Below, piece by piece: positions 57,121 through 64,000 of a stretch of DNA of 64,000 nt. Numbering within the stretch: the first letter of the stretch is position 1; every line of letters starts with the position of its first letter. Where the stretch lies: positions 2,416-66,415 of the forward strand of contig JBCDJI010000006.1 of assembly GCA_038748025.1 (NCBI GenBank), given 5' to 3'. Source of the stretch: Verrucomicrobiota bacterium. GTDB lineage: Bacteria; Verrucomicrobiota; Verrucomicrobiia; Methylacidiphilales; JBCBYL01. A program made the translations under genes and the position numbers. Under the pieces are notes generated by a model that was not told the DNA's origin, did not search any database, and was given only the letters and a program-made list of their open reading frames with translations.

Positions 57121-57155
57121 AAAAAGAGTAGGGTGCATACTTCACTTTCACCCTA
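57121..57155 (-). terminator. possible rho-independent terminator about 135 nt downstream of bioA
   Basis: Minus strand reads TAGGGTG-(13-nt loop)-CACCCTA followed by CTCTTTTTGC. Confidence 0.45.
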
Positions 57156-57290
57156 AAATGTTTACCTGCGCATTAAGCCGGCGCTAACAGATACCTGTGA
57201 ACGGGCATTCAGCGCAGGTCGGTGCTGCCTGCTGCTGCGGGAGTCAATCATACGGGCCAGGCAAGTAACAGCGGGATCCCGGCTAACCTG

Positions 57291-58697
57291 CTATCCCAGC
57301 AGGGTATGCGTTGCAGTGAGTAAAATCTCTCCCATTTGAAGAACTTGTTCCCCGGACGTGGAATAAGGTGGCATCAGGACAAGCACGTCGCCGACGGGGC
57401 GGGTAAGCAGGCCGTGCCGGGAGGCTTCCAGGCAGATTGCTGCTCCGATACGCTGCTCATACGGGAAGGACTCTCGTGTGGCGGTATGGGCTACAAGTTC
57501 GATGGCAAGTATACAGCCCTCCTGGCGCACGTCCCCGACATGCGGGTGTTGCCAGAAGGTTGCTCCCACTGCTCTTAATGAATTTTCGATCTCACGGCGT
57601 GCCGACTGGCATTCCGGTGTATGAAGTTCTTCCCAGCTGGCGATGGCTGCGGCGCAGCCCAGCGGGTTGCCGGAGTAGCTGTGGCCATGATAGAAAGTTT
57701 TACTCAAGTCGCCGGAGAATCCCTGGAACAAGGCTTCCCGGCAGAGCGTGGCCGCCAGCGGCAGGGTACCGCTGGTGATTCCTTTGGCTAGTGCAATCAC
57801 ATCGGGTTGGACATTCTCGTGCTGGAATGCAAAATCTTTGCCGGTTCTGCCGAAGCCGGTCATGACTTCATCTAAAATCAGTCGGGCGCCATGTTGATGC
57901 GCGATCGCAGCTGCTTCTTTCAGGTAGCCATGCGGGTGCATCAGGAATCCTGCTGCACCCTGCACCCGGGGTTCCAGCACCAGTGCGGCAACCTTGCCGC
58001 TACCAGCCTGTTGAAAAGCCTGTTCGAGTTCCCGCAAGCATTCGCCCTGAGTTTCCGCATAGCTGCGGGCGTCGGCAGGCCGGGGTTTAGCCCGATTATA
58101 GGGGCTGCGGTAGCTGGCGGGCGAGCTGACCTCGATGGCAGGGAATAACAGCGATCCGTATGCTTTGTGAAAGACTTTACTGTGTCCCATACTCATTGCA
58201 CCCACCGTGTCACCATGGTAGCCGTCGGCCAGTGAGATAATGGTAGTGCGATCCGGTTCTCCGTTCTGCTGGAAATACTGGATGACCATCTTGAGGGCAG
58301 TTTCCATCGCAGTGGACCCGTCGTCAGACAGGAAGCACCGGTCCAGACCGGTGGCATGGCATAATTTTTCTGCCAGCACGGGTGCCTGGGTATTGGTCAA
58401 CCCCAGAGAGGAGACGTGGGCGATCTGATCCAGTTGATCCCTAATGGCCTGATGGATCCGGGGATGGCGGTGGCCATGCAGGTTGGTCCAGATGGAGGAG
58501 TTACCGTCCAGATACGTTTTCCCGTTGGTATCGGTCAGCAGTGAGCCGGAACCGCTCTCAACGACGATGGGAGTGAATAAATCATCGAGCCAGATATCGT
58601 TTGGGGTGAACGGATGCCACAGGTGTTTTTTGTCGAGTGCGATAAGGTGATCGGTGTTCACTGGTAAAAGACTAAGCGTCCAGTATCCAAATTCCAA
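57291..58697 (-). CDS. bioA: adenosylmethionine-8-amino-7-oxononanoate aminotransferase
   Basis: LWHPFT, class-III aminotransferase blocks (LSDDGSTAMETALKM, ILDEVMTGFGRTG), and location adjacent to bioF. Confidence 0.88.
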   Translation of the reverse strand: MEFGYWTLSLLPVNTDHLIALDKKHLWHPFTPNDIWLDDLFTPIVVESGSGSLLTDTNGKTYLDGNSSIWTNLHGHRHPRIHQAIRDQLDQIAHVSSLGLTNTQAPVLAEKLCHATGLDRCFLSDDGSTAMETALKMVIQYFQQNGEPDRTTIISLADGYHGDTVGAMSMGHSKVFHKAYGSLLFPAIEVSSPASYRSPYNRAKPRPADARSYAETQGECLRELEQAFQQAGSGKVAALVLEPRVQGAAGFLMHPHGYLKEAAAIAHQHGARLILDEVMTGFGRTGKDFAFQHENVQPDVIALAKGITSGTLPLAATLCREALFQGFSGDLSKTFYHGHSYSGNPLGCAAAIASWEELHTPECQSARREIENSLRAVGATFWQHPHVGDVRQEGCILAIELVAHTATRESFPYEQRIGAAICLEASRHGLLTRPVGDVLVLMPPYSTSGEQVLQMGEILLTATHTLLG

Positions 58698-58715
58698 CTC
58701 TAACGTCCAGTGTTC

Positions 58716-59852
58716 CTAGTGGTAAGGGGCGAGCAGTTTGAGGAGCTTTAACACCGTTTCCAGCTCTGCGGTGGTGTGGGTGGCATTCAGGGAAAGGCGC
58801 AGCCGGGACTCGCCACGCGGAACCGTAGGGAACCGTATAGCGGGCAGAAATATTTTCTTACTCCAGAGTTCACCGGCAATCTTCAGGGCTTTTTCTTCGT
58901 TACCGATGCGGATGGGAATGATCTGACTGTCGACATGCAACGGGAAGATATCGTTGTTAGCGGCATGGCCGACAAGTCGGGCCAGCAGTTTTCTTGTTTC
59001 GGCACCCTCGTTGGATGAGATCAGCTTCAGCCCTGCCAAAGCAGCGGCTGCCAATGCCGGTGGAGCAGCTGTGGTAAAAATGAAGCTGCGGGCACGGTGC
59101 CGCAACAGCCTGATCAATGCTTTGGAGCCGGCTGCAAAGCCACCGAGTGAACCAACGGATTTGCCTAGCGTTCCCATTTGAACTTCGATCTGGCATGCCA
59201 TTTTACGGGTCTCCACAAATCCCTGACCACCACTTCCGAAGACGCCAAAGGCGTGCGCTTCATCCAGCATCAGCCAGGCATTCCATTGCTGCTTTAGCTG
59301 AATGATGTCAGCCAGTGGTGACCGGTCCCCATCCATCGAATAGAGCGATTCAGCAATGACCAGGATACGGGAATCTGCATTGCGTTCGCGTTCCAGCTTG
59401 AGGATTTCCTGCAGATGCTGGAGGTCATTGTGGCGCATGACGCGGACTCTGGCTCCGGAAAGACGTGCTCCATCCCACAGGCAGGCATGGCATTTTTCAT
59501 CCAGAATGACGGTGGCGGAACGATCAACCAGTGTCGGGATAACGCCGACAGCGGTGGTGTAGCCGTTGGGAAAGGTAAGCGCATCTTCGGTCAGCTTGAG
59601 ATATGCCAGTCGGGATTCAAGTTGCTGGTGGATTTCGGTGTGACCGGAGAGAAGTCGTGCGGAGCGCGAGCCGAGGCCGACCTGATTCAGAGATGCAGTT
59701 GCCGCTTCAACTACCTGCGGGTGGCGTGAAAACCCCATGTAATCATTGCTGCCCAGGTTAAGCATTCCGTCGGGAATGGCAGTGCAAGTCCGGCCGAGGT
59801 GCTCACGGCGGTCAGCTTCCAGCTGTTGGTCAAGAAAGTCTTTCCAGTTCAT
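58716..59852 (-). CDS. bioF: 8-amino-7-oxononanoate synthase
   Basis: NDYMGFSRHP, alpha-oxoamine synthase PLP Lys block GTLGKSVGSLGG, and LMLDEAHAFG. Confidence 0.88.
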   Translation of the reverse strand: MNWKDFLDQQLEADRREHLGRTCTAIPDGMLNLGSNDYMGFSRHPQVVEAATASLNQVGLGSRSARLLSGHTEIHQQLESRLAYLKLTEDALTFPNGYTTAVGVIPTLVDRSATVILDEKCHACLWDGARLSGARVRVMRHNDLQHLQEILKLERERNADSRILVIAESLYSMDGDRSPLADIIQLKQQWNAWLMLDEAHAFGVFGSGGQGFVETRKMACQIEVQMGTLGKSVGSLGGFAAGSKALIRLLRHRARSFIFTTAAPPALAAAALAGLKLISSNEGAETRKLLARLVGHAANNDIFPLHVDSQIIPIRIGNEEKALKIAGELWSKKIFLPAIRFPTVPRGESRLRLSLNATHTTAELETVLKLLKLLAPYH

Positions 59853-61066
59853 AGATGGATGCCGTTGATTAAAGTGAAGTGAGGTGCATGCGTCGATTCG
59901 ATTATCCAGTCGTAGGGGTCGGGAACGTGTTCGGCACCCGGAGTTTCAAAAGCGACCAGATCTGCCAGTGCACCAGGCTTCAAAACACCGAGTTCATCCG
60001 CTTTTCCGATGGCAGCGGCAGGTATGGTAGTGACTTTTTGCAGCCATGTCTTGGCATCATGGCGAGGAAAGTTTTTCCGGGCGCAACGCAGTTCGGCACG
60101 CAGATCCAGCCGGTCCTGAGTATTGCTGGCCAGGCTGTCAGTGCCGATGGCGACCTGGCTGCCCGTGGCTTCGATTTCTTCCAGCGGGAATTTCTCGTGT
60201 CCAAAGTAGTCGTGGCACAGCGGACAGTGAATGACAGTGAGCGGTTGTTCTTCCAGATGCTGGAGATCGTTGTCCTGCAGGTAGTTCAGATGGGTGGCGA
60301 GGCAACGATCGTTAAGCAGACCAAATTCCATCAGATGGGAGAGGGGGGAACCGTGACCGCAGTCGCTCATATCACGCCCCATGGAGGCAAGAAAATCATA
60401 GAGCTCACCATCACCGGAGTGGAACATCTCGTTTTCGTCCAGTGACTCGGCGATGTGGGTGGTGAAGGGCATGCCGAGTTTTTCACTGCAGTGGCGGGCC
60501 AGGCGGAACAGTTCGATGCTGGCGGTATAAGGAGCATGCGGTGCAAGGCCGAAGCCGCCCAGCCATTCGGGATGCCGTTCAAAGAAATCTAGCGCACCCA
60601 TCAGCATTTCATCGCTCTCGAGCCGAGTTCTCACATCAATGAGTTCCAGAAACCACCAGACCCGCATCGGAGGTCGGGGGAGTTTAAGCAACAGCTCCGG
60701 GAAGGATTCCAGGTTAAACACGGTCGTGCAGCCGCTTTTGAGCAGCATCCGGTATCCCGCCTGAATCGCCTGCAGGTAATCTTCCGGGCCGAGCGACTGC
60801 TTCAGAGCATTGATCTGTTTGATCCAGGCCGTGAAGGATTTACCTGGAAAAATGGAACCGTGGAGACCGGTATAGTCGAGGTGGCAGTGGGCATTGATCA
60901 TGCCGGGCATCAGGATGTGACGGTTTAACACGACAACTTCCTCGCCGGAATCAGGTTCCAGATCAGGCCCGATTTCCTTAACACGGTTACTTTCTACACG
61001 TATCGCTCCTGCTAATGGCGGGTTTTCGCCATCCATTGTTAGAATAACCGGAGACTGGATTAACAT
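59849..61066 (-). CDS. amidohydrolase-superfamily protein (chlorohydrolase/deaminase-like)
   Basis: PGMINAHCHLDYT metal-binding HxH and later HIAES. The stop overlaps the bioF start (ATGA). Confidence 0.7.
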   Translation of the reverse strand: MLIQSPVILTMDGENPPLAGAIRVESNRVKEIGPDLEPDSGEEVVVLNRHILMPGMINAHCHLDYTGLHGSIFPGKSFTAWIKQINALKQSLGPEDYLQAIQAGYRMLLKSGCTTVFNLESFPELLLKLPRPPMRVWWFLELIDVRTRLESDEMLMGALDFFERHPEWLGGFGLAPHAPYTASIELFRLARHCSEKLGMPFTTHIAESLDENEMFHSGDGELYDFLASMGRDMSDCGHGSPLSHLMEFGLLNDRCLATHLNYLQDNDLQHLEEQPLTVIHCPLCHDYFGHEKFPLEEIEATGSQVAIGTDSLASNTQDRLDLRAELRCARKNFPRHDAKTWLQKVTTIPAAAIGKADELGVLKPGALADLVAFETPGAEHVPDPYDWIIESTHAPHFTLINGIHL

Positions 61067-61187
61067 GGTGTAATCAGTCTAACACGCGGGCGCGGATGTG
61101 GGGAGGAGATAAGGTTGAAATAGTATATTAAAAACCATTTTTTCTGGAAACTACCGGGTTCCGGGATGCCGGTAATTCCGCCTTGCT

Positions 61188-61751
61188 TCAGTCTTTCTGT
61201 AGCAGGCCTTGTGCCCGCACGTCTTCGATGGCTTCACGCAGGGAGCGTTTTTCTTCCGGGATCATGTGATCGGTGAAGAGTATGCCGTTGAGGTGGTCGA
61301 CCTCATGCTGCACGGCACGCCCGAGCAGACCGTCCGCTTCGAATTTGAGTGGCTTACCTTCGATGTCCAGACAGGCACAGGCGACACGGTTGGGGCGGGT
61401 GATCTCGGCGTTGATACCAGGGAAGCTAAGACAACCTTCTTCGGCGCTGTCCTTTTTCTTGATGGTCTTGAGTTCGGGATTGATCAGCACCATCGGCATG
61501 TAATCGGCTTTTTCGACGGGCTTCCCGTCGATCCACATCCTGCTAGGCGTTTCGATTTCCTCCGGGATGTCGATGACTGCGATTTGCAGTGCTTTGCCGA
61601 CCTGCTGCGCTGCCAGCCCGATTCCGGCAGCTGCATACATGGTTTCCAGCATGTCATTCGCGAGCTGTTGAATTTCCGGGGTGATGGATTCGATTCGACT
61701 GCCTGGCTGACGCAGGATGGGGTTACCGAAAAGCGTGATATCTAAAATCAT
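61188..61751 (-). CDS. def: peptide deformylase
   Basis: GIGLAAQQVG, EGCLSFPG and QHEVDHLNG motifs. Confidence 0.95.
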   Translation of the reverse strand: MILDITLFGNPILRQPGSRIESITPEIQQLANDMLETMYAAAGIGLAAQQVGKALQIAVIDIPEEIETPSRMWIDGKPVEKADYMPMVLINPELKTIKKKDSAEEGCLSFPGINAEITRPNRVACACLDIEGKPLKFEADGLLGRAVQHEVDHLNGILFTDHMIPEEKRSLREAIEDVRAQGLLQKD

Positions 61752-62167
61752 GGAGTTTCCTCCGGCTTGCGAGTGTTGAGAGAAAGGTCGTTCAATCCGG
61801 CTGCATTGGCTGCATCCATGATCTTAACAAAAAATCCCAGCTGAATCCCCTCATCCGCTTCGAGTGCAAATCTGGTTTCCGGCTTTTGGCTGAGCAGTGC
61901 TTCCACTTCACGGGGCAGCTGTTCGAGGGTAGTTTCACGGTCACCGATAAAGATCTGGTTATCCGCGGTAATGAAGATCACCACCGGATCTTCAATGGTG
62001 CTCTCTTCCTTGCCCTGGGTGGATTCCGGCAGGCTGATCTCCACCCGGGGCTCCGCTTTTTTGAAGGTCGTGGTAACGATAAAAAAGATCAGCAGGATCG
62101 ACAGAATATCGATCATCGAAACAATGTTGATGCTGAGTGGGCGCTTCGGGCGGGAGTAGAACTGCAT
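61748..62167 (-). CDS. exbD: ExbD/TolR-family biopolymer transport protein
   Basis: SINIVSMIDILSILLIFFIVT TM, then a periplasmic domain. The gene follows exbB, and its stop overlaps the def start by 4 nt. Confidence 0.8.
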   Translation of the reverse strand: MQFYSRPKRPLSINIVSMIDILSILLIFFIVTTTFKKAEPRVEISLPESTQGKEESTIEDPVVIFITADNQIFIGDRETTLEQLPREVEALLSQKPETRFALEADEGIQLGFFVKIMDAANAAGLNDLSLNTRKPEETP

Positions 62168-62182
62168 CTTCGGATAAATTTA

Positions 62183-62818
62183 CTATTGGCTGGAAAGGTA
62201 ACACTTGGCCAGAAAGTCCATACACAGGCTTTCCATCTCCACGGCCATGGCTTCGATCTTCTTGGTATAATAGCTGTGAGCGATCAGCGAGGGAATAGCG
62301 ATGACCAGTCCGGTGACGGTTGTATTGAGCGCTTCTGAAATTCCTTTGGCAATCGCCATGCCCTGTCCGCTGTCCAGACCGGTCTCTCCGATATTGGAAA
62401 AAACGGTAATCAGACCGGCAGCAGTTCCCAGCAGTCCGAGCAGCGGTGCAACGCCAGTGGTAATCTCCAGCACCACCAGTCCCCGTTCGAGTTTAGAAAT
62501 TTCATTTCGTGCCTGTGTTTGAACGGCCTCCACGTTTTCTGCCTTGCTCCAGGGCAGGTGTTCCAGACAGATACGCACCAGACGAGCCAGCGTTGTGGTG
62601 CCGGGTGCGGCCAACTGCTGAATCTCAGTTGTAGCCCCTCCCATCTTCAGGTAGGTAATCGCGCGAAAGAGGGATTTAGGAATCACTTTTTCTCGCTTCA
62701 GAGCCAATCCCCGCTCAATGATGAAGGCTACTGAAACAATCGAACAGATCGCCAATGGAACCATGAAAATCCCACCACTGGCAAAGAAATTAAACAATCC
62801 TGAAATCATAAGGGGCAT
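62183..62818 (-). CDS. exbB: MotA/TolQ/ExbB proton-channel family protein
   Basis: Three TM helices and the conserved GVAPLLGLLGTAAGLI...ALNTTVTGLVIAIP block. Confidence 0.85.
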   Translation of the reverse strand: MPLMISGLFNFFASGGIFMVPLAICSIVSVAFIIERGLALKREKVIPKSLFRAITYLKMGGATTEIQQLAAPGTTTLARLVRICLEHLPWSKAENVEAVQTQARNEISKLERGLVVLEITTGVAPLLGLLGTAAGLITVFSNIGETGLDSGQGMAIAKGISEALNTTVTGLVIAIPSLIAHSYYTKKIEAMAVEMESLCMDFLAKCYLSSQ

Positions 62819-62849
62819 ATCTTGACCAAGAATCAGGAGAGCGAAAGTG

Positions 62850-62901
62850 AAAACTAGGGACGGAGGTAAGTTTGACAGAACTTACCTCCGTCCCTAGTTT
62901 T
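62850..62901. repeat. REP palindrome (23-bp stem, loop TGACAG), left flank of the RAYT gene
   Basis: AAAACTAGGGACGGAGGTAAGTT-TGACAG-AACTTACCTCCGTCCCTAGTTTT. It ends 5 nt before the ATG at 62907. Confidence 0.9.
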
Positions 62902-62906
62902 TTGCC

Positions 62907-63584
62907 ATGCCACGTAAAGCTAGAATTGTGATACCCGGCCAACCGCATCATGTTGTGCAGCGCGGGGTGCGTGGTATGAATGTTTTTCAGTCGGATGCAG
63001 ACCGGTTGTATTATATTCAATTGTGTCGTGACGGTGCAGAGAAAACGGGGGTACACTTTCTTGCGTGGTGTCTGATGAGCAACCATATTCACTTGCTGGT
63101 AGTTCCGGAGCATCAGGCATCGCTAGGAACGTTTTTCAGAGAAGTTCATGGCAAATACACGCGTTACTTTAACAAGAAGTCCAAAGCGAAGGGGTATCTT
63201 TGGGAGGATAGATATTATTCCGTTCTCGTAGGTGGCAGCCATTTTGCGAATGCCCTTCGTTATATTTTATACAATCCTGTCCAAGCAGGCTTAGTCGCAA
63301 AGAGCACGGAATACCGCTGGTCTTCAGCCAAATTCAATATGGGTATGGCAGGAAAAGACTACCTGGTTCTTGAGCGACCTACCGAAGCATTGCTTAACAA
63401 ATTACACAAATTGTCGTATCTGGGTATGCAGGAGGACGCACAATCTATTGAGAGAGCATTACGTAATCAGTGGGCATATGCTTCTGATAAGGAAATCAAG
63501 CACTTTGAGCGAATTACGGATACGATTCTCCAGCCACAGCAGAAACAGCATCAAAATTATCCTGCGTGGTCGATGGGTGCATAA
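62907..63584 (+). mobile_element. REP-associated tyrosine transposase (RAYT; IS200/IS605-like Y1 HUH transposase fold)
   Basis: N-terminus PHHVVQRG, HUH motif SNHIHLLV, catalytic Tyr region RYILYNPVQAGLV. 225 aa, flanked on both sides by the same palindrome. Confidence 0.8.
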
Positions 63585-63587
63585 TTT

Positions 63588-63638
63588 AAAACTAGGGACG
63601 GAGGTAAGTTGCCGAAACTTACCTCCGTCCCTAGTTTT
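63588..63638. repeat. REP palindrome (23-bp stem, loop GCCGA), right flank of the RAYT gene
   Basis: AAAACTAGGGACGGAGGTAAGTT-GCCGA-AACTTACCTCCGTCCCTAGTTTT. It begins 3 nt after the RAYT stop and overlaps the stop codon (63637-63639) of the tonB-like ORF. Confidence 0.9.
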
Positions 63639-64000
63639 AGCGGATCGTGAATGAAATCTCTTCCCAGTAGCCGTCACCGAGCTGGGTGCGCATGGATTCG
63701 GAAAACGGCTCGAGCTGGCCGCTGTTTACCATGATGGCGCGGCGGGAGATGGCGTGGAGCTGGGAAGAGTTATTGCCTTCGATGACCTGAAGTTTTTCGA
63801 AGACGCCATCTGCACGCACATAAAAGCGTATCTTGACCATGCCAATTGAGATGAGGCCGCTGGATTCCTCCACATAAACATACCAGCGTGATCCGATGGC
63901 GCGGTAGAGTTTTTCCTTGTAACGCCCCAGTTCAGTCTGTTCCGCACCAAACGAATTCTGAGATCCCACGGCAGCTCCGCCGGGGAGAAAAGCCTGGCGC
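63637..64000 (-). CDS. TonB C-terminal-domain-like protein, C-terminal part (gene continues beyond window end)
   Basis: The frame stays open to position 64000. The C-terminus, YKEKLYRAIGSRWYVYV...GMVKIRFYVRADGVFEKLQVIEGNNSSQLHAISRRAI, resembles the TonB_C fold pattern. The gene lies upstream of exbB-exbD. Confidence 0.5.
   Translation of the reverse strand, partial: RQAFLPGGAAVGSQNSFGAEQTELGRYKEKLYRAIGSRWYVYVEESSGLISIGMVKIRFYVRADGVFEKLQVIEGNNSSQLHAISRRAIMVNSGQLEPFSESMRTQLGDGYWEEISFTIR

Noticed and set aside
61067-61187. Possible BirA/biotin operator upstream of the amidohydrolase-bioF-bioA operon (GGTTGAAATAGTATATTAAAAACC, approx. 61116-61139).
   Set aside because: It is only a weak, imperfect dyad and does not match the TGTAAACC-type half-sites I know. 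There is not enough evidence to call a site.

Overview
Gene-dense chromosomal segment, moderately GC-rich by eye and coding on both strands. Gene content suggests core genome of a PVC-superphylum (Verrucomicrobiota-like) bacterium; this is inference only, based on a TAT-signal Gfo/Idh/MocA oxidoreductase, a GntR-HTH plus LacI-type-sensor regulator, an autotransporter, a DUF5060 glycosidase-like protein and mostly SD-poor starts. I support about 50 protein genes, mostly housekeeping: partial cimA/leuA-family synthase, adk-like kinase, fmt, priA, fumC, hrpB, lpxA, nadC, tsaC/sua5, thrB, tatD, ridA, pyrE, ilvD, bioF-bioA, def and exbB-exbD with a tonB-like gene. Also present are transporters (SLC13/DASS, DAACS, RCK-gated K+ channel), a HisKA_3/LuxR two-component pair, a small carotenoid module, and two tRNAs (Lys-CUU, initiator Met-CAU). 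I found no rRNA, CRISPR array, integrase/prophage or recognisable defence island. Most notable observations: (1) an ORF-free, hairpin-dense stretch of about 0.9 kb at 33.2-34.1 kb. It is closed by the strongest intrinsic terminator in the window (minus strand) and lacks the hallmark strings of RNase P, tmRNA or group II introns, so it is a candidate large structured ncRNA of unassigned family. (2) A REPtron: a RAYT-type HUH/Y1 transposase gene bracketed by two copies of a 23-bp-stem palindrome, inserted between a tonB-like gene and exbB. A third, longer copy lies at 47.1 kb and probably acts as a bidirectional terminator. (3) Several atypical proteins: a flavoprotein that looks circularly permuted and is fused to a NapH-type membrane polyferredoxin, a CruF/DUF422 gene with an in-frame TAA, a TlpA-like lipoprotein with SPAS in place of CxxC, a double-AP2 protein with a histone-H1-like Lys-rich tail, an RRM protein with an Arg/Asn-rich N-terminus, and a eukaryote-type UDP-sugar pyrophosphorylase. 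All functional calls come from reading motifs in the supplied translations or my own translation; no database search was possible.
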